Assembly (NCBI GenBank): GCA_963813535.1 | Contig: CAWEZH010000002.1 | Location: forward strand, 224,001 to 288,000 | Length of the DNA stretch: 64,000 nucleotides | Direction of reading: 5' to 3' | Source: an uncultured Chloroflexia bacterium | Lineage (GTDB): Bacteria; Chloroflexota; Limnocylindria; Limnocylindrales; CSP1-4 | Shown here: positions 29,002 through 37,575 of the stretch, piece after piece | Numbering within the stretch: the first letter of the stretch is position 1 | Layout of the letters: every line of letters starts with the position of its first letter | Program-made: the position numbers and the translations under genes | Notes under the pieces: model-generated | What the model was told of the DNA's origin: nothing | Seen by the model: the letters and a program-made list of their open reading frames with translations, nothing else | Databases searched by the model: none

Positions 29002-30279
29002 CTACGCGGCGATGGCCGCCGGATCGGCCGTGGCGCCGGCCTGCCTGGCGGCGCGTTCCTTGCGCCACGCGGGGATGTAGAGGGGCGCCGCCATCGCGCA
29101 GATGACACCGCCGACGACCATCGCCGTCGAGACGCTCGTGCCGTCGGCCAGAGCGGCCAGGACGACGCCACCGAGGGCGCCGGCGGGTTGGGCCATCATC
29201 GAGTTGATCGAGAGCACGGTCGTCCGATGCGAGCCGTCGACCTGCCAGTGGAGCAATGTGGTGTGCATCGGGTTCGATGCTCCGTGGACCGTGTAGCAGG
29301 CCAGGTACGCGACCGCCACGCCGATCGGACCGGCGATCACACCCATCGCCACGATCGTGAGCCCCTGCGCGACGCGCAGGAGCGCCGCGGATCGCGCGAC
29401 ACCGATGCGTCGGCTCAGGATGACGACGCCAGCGGCGCCGGCGGCCGACAGGAACCACGCCGCCGAGCTGAGCGGTCCCATGATCGCGGCGGCCGCCTGC
29501 GTGCCGCCGACGAGCTCCGACATCCGGATCGGGAGGAGGCTCTCGAAGGTGACCATCGAGAAGCCCCAGAACAGCTCGACCAGCACGATCCCGAGCAGGA
29601 CACGCGACGACCGCAGCAGACCCAGGCCCTCGCCGATGATCGCCGGCACCGCGCGGATCGAGGCGACGACGGCTTCCGGGTGACGCGCGTGTGGCATCTC
29701 GGTCATCAGGGCGAAGACCGCGCCGAGGAGGAGTACCTGGACGACAAGCGCCACGAGCAGCGGTAGCAACAACGGATCGATCCCGGGCACCGGATGGAGC
29801 GCGACGAGTGCGCCGGATGCCAGGGCACCGAGGGCGATCCCGAGGCTCAACGCCGCCGTGCCACGACCCAGGCCATGCTGGATCTCGGCGGTCGGGTCGG
29901 CAGCCAGCGTCGCATCGACGTACCAAGCCTCGAGCGGGCCTGAGTCGAGCGCCCGGTAGATGCCCTGCAGCGCCATCGCCGCCGCAAACACCGCCGCCGT
30001 GTCGGCGATCGTGAACAGCCCCATCGACAGGATCGCGACGACCGAGGCGAGCAGAAGGACCGGCCGTCGCCCGAGCGCATCCGACAGCCCGCCGGTCGGC
30101 AGCTCGAGAGCGAGCACGACCAGGCCCTGGATCGCGAAGACGACGCCGATCTCCGTCAGGGACAGCCCGCGTGACAGCGGGATAAGCACGAAGATCGGGG
30201 CGAGGAGACCGACCGGCAGCCAACGCAGCGCCGTCAGCACGAGGAAGCGTCGGTAGGCTGCCCGCGGATCGAGTGTCAC
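29002..30279 (-). CDS. MFS transporter
   Basis: LELPTGGLSDALGRR motif A, RALDSG, 12-TM pattern. Confidence 0.9.
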   Translation of the reverse strand: MTLDPRAAYRRFLVLTALRWLPVGLLAPIFVLIPLSRGLSLTEIGVVFAIQGLVVLALELPTGGLSDALGRRPVLLLASVVAILSMGLFTIADTAAVFAAAMALQGIYRALDSGPLEAWYVDATLAADPTAEIQHGLGRGTAALSLGIALGALASGALVALHPVPGIDPLLLPLLVALVVQVLLLGAVFALMTEMPHARHPEAVVASIRAVPAIIGEGLGLLRSSRVLLGIVLVELFWGFSMVTFESLLPIRMSELVGGTQAAAAIMGPLSSAAWFLSAAGAAGVVILSRRIGVARSAALLRVAQGLTIVAMGVIAGPIGVAVAYLACYTVHGASNPMHTTLLHWQVDGSHRTTVLSINSMMAQPAGALGGVVLAALADGTSVSTAMVVGGVICAMAAPLYIPAWRKERAARQAGATADPAAIAA

Positions 30280-30860
30280 GGACGCTCCCCGCCGTTCGAT
30301 GGCGTGACCGGGAACGTGTGGTGGTACACCGCCACCGGTCGGGCGTCGGGATCCTCAGGGTCCGGGTCCCGGTACCGATCCAACAGGGCGATCAACTCCG
30401 AATGCAACTCGGTGAGTCGGGCCGGGGAGAGCTGCAGCATCGCGTCACCGGACTCGGCGGCGGCGCGCCAGTCGATCGGCCAATCGGCCGCCTGGTCCAG
30501 CCAGCGCTCGTATCGGTCGGCGAACTCCTGGAGGTAGTGGCGCTTCAGCCAGTCGCTCGCGGCCTCGGCGTCCGGGTCACCGGCGACGTCCCGCTCCGTC
30601 CAGCCGTGGCTCGCCGTGCTGGCGCGCCACCAGCGCTCCCGGCCGCGACCCTCCTCGGTCTCGTCGACGAGGCCCACCGACGCCAACTTCCGCAGGTGAT
30701 AGCTGGTCGCCCCGGTATTGGTGCTGAGCGAGCGGGCGAGTGCGGTCGCCGTTGCGGGGCCGGCGGATCGCAGCGCCGTCAGCAGGCGGGATCGGAGCGG
30801 ATGGGCGAGTACGCGGAGGGCCCGCCGATCGAGCCGGAGGGTCGTGTAGGGGGTGGCCAT
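30276..30860 (-). CDS. ArsR-like winged-helix regulator
   Basis: LRVLAHPLRSRLL...SYHLRKLA...GRERWW; GTGA overlap with the MFS gene. Confidence 0.88.
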   Translation of the reverse strand: MATPYTTLRLDRRALRVLAHPLRSRLLTALRSAGPATATALARSLSTNTGATSYHLRKLASVGLVDETEEGRGRERWWRASTASHGWTERDVAGDPDAEAASDWLKRHYLQEFADRYERWLDQAADWPIDWRAAAESGDAMLQLSPARLTELHSELIALLDRYRDPDPEDPDARPVAVYHHTFPVTPSNGGERP

Positions 30861-30879
30861 GCCGTCGGCCACCGTAGCA

Positions 30880-30909
30880 TGCACAGAAGTTATGCACAAG
30901 TATTGTGCA
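30880..30909. promoter_or_regulatory. Probable operator of the ArsR-like regulator
   Basis: Palindrome TGCACAA-GTA-TTGTGCA (30893-30909) plus overlapping imperfect TGCACAG-AAG-TTATGCA; AT-rich patch. Confidence 0.65.
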
Positions 30910-30958
30910 AGTGTCCGGCAGGCGGGTCGCGCTGCGGGACGCGGTAGAGTGCAGCCCC

Positions 30959-31969
30959 ATGATCCTGCGCATCGTGTTCGGTCGTTTCCCGTCCGATATC
31001 GACGCGAATGCCCTGGTCGAGGTGCGCGGACGGCTGGCACGCGCCGCGCGCGATGTCCCCGGGCTCGAGAGCCTCATCGTGGGCGCGCGTCGCTTGCCGA
31101 CGGCCGGTCCTGATGCGCCTGTCGAGGCGGCGATCGTGTCCGTCTGGCGCGACGTCACGTTGATGGCCCGCGCGACCGACGTCGGCGAGCAGGACCGCTT
31201 CCTGGGGACGCGCCTGCAACTCCCGCTCCAGGTCGACGCTGCCGTCCACTACGAGATCGTCGGTCGGACGTTCGGTGCGCTGCCACCGGACGAGGCCGCA
31301 TACCTGCGTCTCATCACGGTCCGAGCCCGGCCGAACGAGGAGGCGAGGCTGATCGAGACGCTGCGCAGCCAGCAGCCCAAGTTCGTCGACCTCGGCCTGG
31401 TGGCGTCCCACCTCGGCCGCCGCGTCATCGGGCCGGAATGCGAGGCGGTGACGGTCGGCGTCTGGCCAGACCGGGCGACCATCCGTCGAGCGACGGGCGG
31501 CCGACCGGAGCGACCGTTGTTCGAGAAGGACCTGGTCGACTGGGTCGACCGACTGCACCTCGAGACGTACGACGGGATCGAGATCGCACCGCGCCTGCCC
31601 GCCGCGAGTGGTCCGCCGATCTACATCATCGACGAGGACCTGCGGATCGTGGACATCACCGCTTCGGCCGCAGCGGCGATCGGTTGGCCGGCCGAGGACC
31701 TGGTCGGCACGTCGGTGCTCGATATCTCGCTCGCCGACCCCGAGTCGCGGGCCGAGCCGTGGGAGGCGTTGATCCAGACCGGTGAAGTCTCGGGCGAGGG
31801 CCCGTGGCTGGTGCCCGACGCCGGTGCCGTGTTCATCCGCTACCACGCCCTGCGCGATGTGCCCATCGTCGGCCGCCACGCGGTCCTCGTCCATCGATGG
31901 CACGAGCCCGCGCCGACGCGCGCCGACCTCGAATCGGCACTCGAGGAGGCGTTTCCCGCCCGGGGGTGA
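30959..31969 (+). CDS. PAS-domain protein with two N-terminal ABM-like domains
   Basis: C-terminal IYIIDEDLRIVDITASAAAAIGWPAEDLVG PAS start; N-terminal repeats with IVSVW/VTVGVW. Confidence 0.6.
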   Translation: MILRIVFGRFPSDIDANALVEVRGRLARAARDVPGLESLIVGARRLPTAGPDAPVEAAIVSVWRDVTLMARATDVGEQDRFLGTRLQLPLQVDAAVHYEIVGRTFGALPPDEAAYLRLITVRARPNEEARLIETLRSQQPKFVDLGLVASHLGRRVIGPECEAVTVGVWPDRATIRRATGGRPERPLFEKDLVDWVDRLHLETYDGIEIAPRLPAASGPPIYIIDEDLRIVDITASAAAAIGWPAEDLVGTSVLDISLADPESRAEPWEALIQTGEVSGEGPWLVPDAGAVFIRYHALRDVPIVGRHAVLVHRWHEPAPTRADLESALEEAFPARG

Positions 31970-32000
31970 CAGCGCTCACGCAGCGGGCCCGTCGCCACGG

Positions 32001-32693
32001 TCACTCCGTGACCAGGCTCACCTCGAAGCTCGTCGGATCGACCTGTTCGGCGAACGTCAGACGGAGTTGCAGGTCGCGCGGGATCGCATCCCCCGAGCAG
32101 CTCGGCCGCGACAGCGTCGCGGACCGACCGTCGGCGTCGATCTCCAGGGTGTGGGTCGTGTCGCAGGGGCTACCCGTCCAGGTCAGGATGAGCACGTTCG
32201 CGTCGGCCGGATCGGCCTGGACGTCGACGCCCTCAGCGACCGAGCCGCCGTCGCGCGGCTGACCCGACTCCGCGGCGACCACGGTCGATGAATGGTCCGT
32301 GATGTCGATCGTCGCGTCGGCCCCGGAGACCTCGACGAGATCAACGTTGAAGAGGGCCGGCTTCGGCCCCGACGTGACGACGGGGGAGGGGCTTACGCTC
32401 GGCGGTGCCGGAACGACGGGCGCAGGCCGGTCCAGGAAGCCACCCGCGATGGCCCCGCCGACGACGATCGCGACGATCAGCCCGACGGCCGCCAGGAGCG
32501 GCACCGGTACGAACAGCGCGTCCCCGAGGCCTCGGCCCATCGGGTCGCGGCGGAGGCTCGCGAGCGGATCGCGGCGACGGGGATGCGCACGGGCGTGCGC
32601 CATGGCAGCGTCGAGCGTGCGCTCCGGCACCCGGACCGTCTCGTCGCCGAACCACGTGGCGATGCGGCGATCGGTGTCGTCGCGGCCCGTCAC
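32001..32693 (-). CDS. Putative membrane anti-sigma factor
   Basis: Overlaps the ECF sigma stop; short cytoplasmic N-terminus, one TM, Pro-rich linker, extracellular domain with two Cys. Confidence 0.65.
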   Translation of the reverse strand: MTGRDDTDRRIATWFGDETVRVPERTLDAAMAHARAHPRRRDPLASLRRDPMGRGLGDALFVPVPLLAAVGLIVAIVVGGAIAGGFLDRPAPVVPAPPSVSPSPVVTSGPKPALFNVDLVEVSGADATIDITDHSSTVVAAESGQPRDGGSVAEGVDVQADPADANVLILTWTGSPCDTTHTLEIDADGRSATLSRPSCSGDAIPRDLQLRLTFAEQVDPTSFEVSLVTE

Positions 32694-33256
32694 GCCGAAC
32701 GCTCCGAGATCCGGTCGACACGGGCATCGGCGTCGAGTGCCGCACGCAGCGCCTGCGTCGCGTAGTGGAGGCGAGAGCCGGCCGTGCCGACCGGGATGCC
32801 GAGGACATCGGCGATCTCCGGGGATGACAGGCCGGCCACATGGTGCAGCGTGAGGACCGCTCGATGGTCGGGCTTCAGGCCACGAAATGCCTGCTCGATC
32901 TGCTCGCGATCGGCCACGGAGCCGATGTCGTCGGGCGCACGGGAGACGTCGGCGTCGTCGGGCAGCAACCGGACGATCGACCCGCCTCCAGGGGCCCTGG
33001 CTTCGCGCTTGGCCAGCGCCACGCTGTTGCGGGTCACGACCCGATATGACCATGCGTCGAACCGATCGGGGTCGCGCAGGCGCGGGAGCTCATCCCAGAT
33101 CGTGACGAGGGTCTGCTGCACGGCGTCCTCCGCTCGATGGTGATCGCGAGTGATCCGGTACGCGATCGCAAAGAGCCGGTTGGCGGACATGCGGACCAGG
33201 CCCTCGAAGGCCTCCTGGTCGCCGCGCTGTGCTCGTTCCACCAGCTCTTGCTGCAC
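32690..33256 (-). CDS. ECF RNA polymerase sigma factor
   Basis: AQRGDQEAF, AEDAVQQ, region 4 EIADVLGIPVGTAGSRL. Confidence 0.92.
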   Translation of the reverse strand: MQQELVERAQRGDQEAFEGLVRMSANRLFAIAYRITRDHHRAEDAVQQTLVTIWDELPRLRDPDRFDAWSYRVVTRNSVALAKREARAPGGGSIVRLLPDDADVSRAPDDIGSVADREQIEQAFRGLKPDHRAVLTLHHVAGLSSPEIADVLGIPVGTAGSRLHYATQALRAALDADARVDRISERSA

Positions 33257-33415
33257 TCGGGGTGCCGCTCCTGTGCGTGGCGTCGCCTCGTGGCCGCCTG
33301 GCGAGTATGAGGACGTCGGTGCCCGATCCTTTCAAAAGATCGTCTGCGGACCCGTGACGGCCGAGTGCCGCGGATGGCACCGCGAGCGATTCACGGCATA
33401 CTCCCAACCGACCCC

Positions 33416-34291
33416 ATGAACCTCGCCGTGCCCCGCCGACCCCGTTTTGCGCTCTCGATCCTCGCGGTCGTGGCCGTCGTCACTGGCGGGTGCACGCCAT
33501 CCGATGGTCCATCGAGCCCCTCGCCGGCGCACACGGTGGCGAACATCTCGAGTCCGCAGCCGTCGCCGAGGGCAAGCGAGACATCACCGCCGCTCGCCGC
33601 GAACCCGCCCGCCTCGCCGTCGCCCCGAGCGACGCCATCGGACGAGCCGGCGTCGGCGACCACCGCACCGAGCACGCCGAAGCCGTCGCCGGCTCGCAAG
33701 GCGTTCGCGATGAACCTCGCCAAGCGCGCGGACTTCGTCGCCCAGTACACCTTCGAATGGTGCGTCGGGGCGAGCCTCCAGATGGCGTTGAACATGGCCA
33801 CCAACGAGGACCGCACCTCGCAACGCGACCAGCAACGGCTGTGGGAGATGGCGCGCGATCGGTCCTTCAGCCCGTTCGGCGGTGCCAACCCGCGTGGCTG
33901 GGTCGCGACGTTGAACGATCTCGGCATCGGCCCCTACGAACTGGTCAGCCTGCCGAGCTTCGATGAGGCGATCGAGACCGCGGCGGCCGCCATCCGCGAT
34001 ACCAAGCGACCGGTCGGCCTGGTGATGTGGCGGGGCCGCCACGCATGGGTGATGAGTGGGTTCGAGGCGACCGCCGACCCGCGTCATTTCGACGACTACG
34101 CGGTCAAGCGCGTCAACGTCCATGACCCGCTGTATCCGCACGGGAGTTCGGTGTGGGGCAAGAGTCCGAAGCCCAACAGCCCGATCTCGCTCGACACGCT
34201 CGCGAAGCAGTACGTCATCCGCGATCGGGGCCGCGTCAACCTCGGCGTGCCGCCGGGCTGGTTGCTGGTCCTTCCGGTCCGCGAGTCGTGA
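33416..34291 (+). CDS. Lipoprotein with C39-like (papain-fold) peptidase domain
   Basis: Lipobox-like TGGC, P/S linker, QYTFEWCVGAS, GRHAWV, VHDP. Confidence 0.6.
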   Translation: MNLAVPRRPRFALSILAVVAVVTGGCTPSDGPSSPSPAHTVANISSPQPSPRASETSPPLAANPPASPSPRATPSDEPASATTAPSTPKPSPARKAFAMNLAKRADFVAQYTFEWCVGASLQMALNMATNEDRTSQRDQQRLWEMARDRSFSPFGGANPRGWVATLNDLGIGPYELVSLPSFDEAIETAAAAIRDTKRPVGLVMWRGRHAWVMSGFEATADPRHFDDYAVKRVNVHDPLYPHGSSVWGKSPKPNSPISLDTLAKQYVIRDRGRVNLGVPPGWLLVLPVRES

Positions 34292-35508
34292 CGCGGAGCT
34301 TCCTCCTCGTCCTGATCGCGGTCATCGTCGTCGCGTGTGGCGGGATCGCACCGAGCCCGACATCGCCGACGGCCGATCCGGCCCGCGATCCCGCCGCGGC
34401 CACCTCGAAACCGACGATCATCCCGGTCCCCGGGCACGAGGTGTACGGCTTCGTTCCGTATTGGGAGATGGACGAGACCATCGCCGAGCACGTCGGCGCG
34501 ACCGCACTGACCACGCTCGGCCTGTTCTCCGTCACGCATCGGCGCAACGGCAGCCTGGATGACCAGAACGGGCTGCGTCGGATCCGAGGCCCCGTCGGCC
34601 AGGCGATGATCCGCGCCGCCGATGAGCGCGGGACACGGGTCGAGATCGTCTACACGAGCTTCGGCGCTACCAAGAACCGGCGCTTCTATGACGAGCCGAA
34701 GGCACAGGACCGCTGGATCGGCGAGATCGTCGGCCTGGTCGAGGAGCTCGGCATCGACGGCATCAACGTCGACGTCGAGGCGTTGCCGATCGACCTCGTG
34801 CCGCAGTACGGCGCATTCGTCGGCCGATTGCGCACGGCCCTTCGTGATCGGTTGCCCGATGCCCAGGTCTCGGTGGCGACGCAGGCGAACGAGGTCGGGG
34901 GCGCGATGGCCGCGGCGGCCGCAGCAGCCGGTGCAGACCGGATCTTCCTGATGGGCTACGACTACCGATGGGCGGGATCCGAGCCTGGCGCGTCGTCGCC
35001 CATCGATCGGCTGGACGGTGAGACGAAGGACCTCGTGTGGTCGCTCGACCTCTACGGTGCGCTGGGCGTGCCGACGGACCGGCTGATCCTGGGACTGCCG
35101 CTGTACGGCGTCACGTGGCCGGTCATCGGCCCCGGGTTCCTTGCGCCATCGAGTGGCCGCGGTGATGCGTGGGTGCCGCGATGGAACCTCGGGGTGTTCG
35201 CCGAACCGGGCTTCGCGCCGACATTCGAGCCGACCGAGAGCGTCGAGTTCTACACCGTGCCGACCGCCTATGCCTCGGCGGCGCCGACGCTGAGCGTGCC
35301 CGGTATCGGCGCGAGCGCCAGCCCCGAGCCCATCGCCTGGAACGCGGTCTACTACGACTCGCCGCGAAGCCTCACGCCCAAGCTGCGTCTCGCCGACGAG
35401 CGGGGACTCGCCGGTGCGGGCTTCTGGGCGATCGGCTACGAGCGGGGTCTGCCCGACTACACGGAGCTCATCGCCGCGTTCCGTTCCGGGCAGCTGCCAC
35501 CGGAGTGA
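34288..35508 (+). CDS. GH18-family glycoside hydrolase lipoprotein
   Basis: Lipobox VVAC, DGINVDVE (DxxDxDxE-like), MGYDY, LGLPLYG, GAGFWAIGY. Confidence 0.85.
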   Translation: MTRSFLLVLIAVIVVACGGIAPSPTSPTADPARDPAAATSKPTIIPVPGHEVYGFVPYWEMDETIAEHVGATALTTLGLFSVTHRRNGSLDDQNGLRRIRGPVGQAMIRAADERGTRVEIVYTSFGATKNRRFYDEPKAQDRWIGEIVGLVEELGIDGINVDVEALPIDLVPQYGAFVGRLRTALRDRLPDAQVSVATQANEVGGAMAAAAAAAGADRIFLMGYDYRWAGSEPGASSPIDRLDGETKDLVWSLDLYGALGVPTDRLILGLPLYGVTWPVIGPGFLAPSSGRGDAWVPRWNLGVFAEPGFAPTFEPTESVEFYTVPTAYASAAPTLSVPGIGASASPEPIAWNAVYYDSPRSLTPKLRLADERGLAGAGFWAIGYERGLPDYTELIAAFRSGQLPPE

Positions 35509-36647
35509 CGTCGGCCGCTCCGATCGAGGTCCTCAGCAGGCGCCGGCTCGGTCGGGCCACGCTCGCTCGTCAGCTGCTGCTCGAGCCGTCGGATCTCGGC
35601 GTGGTCGACGCCGTCGAGCGGATCGGTGGGCTCCAGGCGCAGGAGCCCGCGTCGCCCTACATCGGCCTGTGGGCGCGGCTCGCGTCGTTCGAGGCGGGGG
35701 ACCTGGACCGCGCGATCTCGAGTCGGCGGCTCGTCAAGGGCACCCTGATGCGCTCGACGCTGCACCTCGTGTCGGCCACGGACTATCGGGCGCTGTGGCC
35801 CGCGATCGTGCCGATCCTCGAGAACCAGCGCCGCCAGGACCGACTCGAGCCGCCGTCGGCGCGGCGGATGGCTTCCCTTCGCGCCCGTGTCGCGCGGTTC
35901 GCAGCCGAGCCGCGGTCGCTGACGGAGCTCCGAGACCACGTCGGCGACATGGATGGTCTGCCGGCAGACGAGCTCGTCTGGTGGCTGCGCCGCCGGCACC
36001 CGCTGGCGCATGCCCCATCAGCGGTCCCGTGGTCATTCGGCCGTCGACCGCTGCTCGCCGACGCCGATGCGTGGCTCGCGGCCGGCGCATGGGCAGATCC
36101 GGCCGACGCGATCGAGCACGTCGTCCGGCGCTACCTCGGGGCGTTCGGTCCGGCGTCGGTCGCCGACATCGCGCGCTGGTCGGGGCTGCCGGTCGGTCGC
36201 GTCCGGCCGGGCGTCGAGGCGGTAGACGCGGCGGGTGATCTGCGACGGTTCCGCGCCGACACCGGTCGTCAGCTGGTGGACCTGGTCGATGCGCCGATCC
36301 CCGACGAGGATGTCCCGGCGCCACCGCGTCTCCTGCCGATGTGGGACAGCACGGTCCTCGCGTTCGACGACCGGACGAGGCTCGTGTCCGATGCCGATCG
36401 CGCCCGGATCATCGCCCGCAACGGCGACACACTGCCCATCATCCTTGTCGACGGACTGGTCACGGGCCGATGGTGGGCGATGGTCGACGGCGATCGAACG
36501 CGGATCGAGCTCGAGCCCTTCCGCCGGCTCGCCCGCGGGGACAGGAACGCGCTGGAGGCGCTCGGCGAGCGGCTGGCACGGTTCGTCGAACCGCACGAAC
36601 CCACGGTCTACGCCAGGTACCAACGCTGGAGGAATGACGACCGATGA
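35505..36647 (+). CDS. AlkZ/YcaQ-like (HTH_42) DNA glycosylase family protein
   Basis: RATLARQLLL, GLQAQ (QxQ), MRSTLH, RRYLGAFGPAS, RLLPMWD. Confidence 0.88.
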   Translation: MTSAAPIEVLSRRRLGRATLARQLLLEPSDLGVVDAVERIGGLQAQEPASPYIGLWARLASFEAGDLDRAISSRRLVKGTLMRSTLHLVSATDYRALWPAIVPILENQRRQDRLEPPSARRMASLRARVARFAAEPRSLTELRDHVGDMDGLPADELVWWLRRRHPLAHAPSAVPWSFGRRPLLADADAWLAAGAWADPADAIEHVVRRYLGAFGPASVADIARWSGLPVGRVRPGVEAVDAAGDLRRFRADTGRQLVDLVDAPIPDEDVPAPPRLLPMWDSTVLAFDDRTRLVSDADRARIIARNGDTLPIILVDGLVTGRWWAMVDGDRTRIELEPFRRLARGDRNALEALGERLARFVEPHEPTVYARYQRWRNDDR

Positions 36648-37540
36648 CATCGATCGAGGAACACGCCCGTACCGCGGTCCGACTCGCCACCGAGAACGTC
36701 GCGGGAGGCGAGTTCCCGTTCGCGGCAGTGGTCGTGGCGGACGGCGGGGCGGGGGAGGTCATCGCCACGGGGGTGAACACGTGTCGGCGTGATGCCGATC
36801 CGGCGGCACACGGTGAGGTCGAGGCGATCAAAGCTGCGTGTCGGCGGCTTGGCACGTTCGACCTGTCCGGTTCCATCGTGGTGTCCAGCTGCCATCCCTG
36901 TCCGATCTGTCAGGCCCTTGCCGGTGCGACGGGGATCGCCCGGGTCGTCTATGCCGCCACCCGCGAGCAGGCTGCGGCCGGTGGCTTCGGGTTCTCCGAT
37001 GCGGTGGCTGCGCGGCTCGACGACATCGACGGGGCGCTCGTCCCTCTGGAGCACGTCGAGGTCGATGGCGCCGCTGTGCCGTTCGATGCGTGGCGGGCGA
37101 GCGGTCATCCGTGGACCACCCAGGCACGCCCGATCCACGAGCTGCGTGTCGCGGTCACAGCGCCCGACCACGAGGTCGCGCTCGCGTTCTACCGCGACGT
37201 GCTCGGTCTGCGCCAGCTCGCCGACTGGACCTCACCTGAGGGCAAGGTCGTGGTGCTGGACGGCGGACGGGCGACCCTCGAGCTCATCGACGAGGCGCAG
37301 GCCGGCTACGTCGATGGCGTGGAGGTCGGCCGGCGGGTGGCCGGCCAGATCCGGCTCGCACTCGAGGTCGACGACTCGACGACGCTGGCCGAGGCGGCCC
37401 GTCGGAACGGCGCGGTCCTGCTCGGATCGGGCCCGGTCGAGACGCCATGGGGCGATCGCAACGTCCGGCTCTCCGCCCCGGCCGACCTGCAACTGACCCT
37501 GTACACGGGTCGAGAAGGCGGGACGGACGCATCGACCTGA
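36644..37540 (+). CDS. Nucleoside/guanine deaminase fused to a VOC (glyoxalase) domain
   Basis: PFAAV, DPAAHGEVEA, SCHPCPIC; then ELRVAV...AFYRDVLGL...TPWGDRNVRL. Confidence 0.85.
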   Translation: MTSIEEHARTAVRLATENVAGGEFPFAAVVVADGGAGEVIATGVNTCRRDADPAAHGEVEAIKAACRRLGTFDLSGSIVVSSCHPCPICQALAGATGIARVVYAATREQAAAGGFGFSDAVAARLDDIDGALVPLEHVEVDGAAVPFDAWRASGHPWTTQARPIHELRVAVTAPDHEVALAFYRDVLGLRQLADWTSPEGKVVVLDGGRATLELIDEAQAGYVDGVEVGRRVAGQIRLALEVDDSTTLAEAARRNGAVLLGSGPVETPWGDRNVRLSAPADLQLTLYTGREGGTDAST

Positions 37541-37575
37541 CCGGGTCGCGGCGCCCGGATGCGACAATCCCGGCG

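Noticed and set aside
28301-30223. Many long overlapping Arg/Pro/Gly-rich ORFs such as this 640-aa frame
   Set aside because: Shadow ORFs expected in high-GC DNA, overlapping well-supported genes
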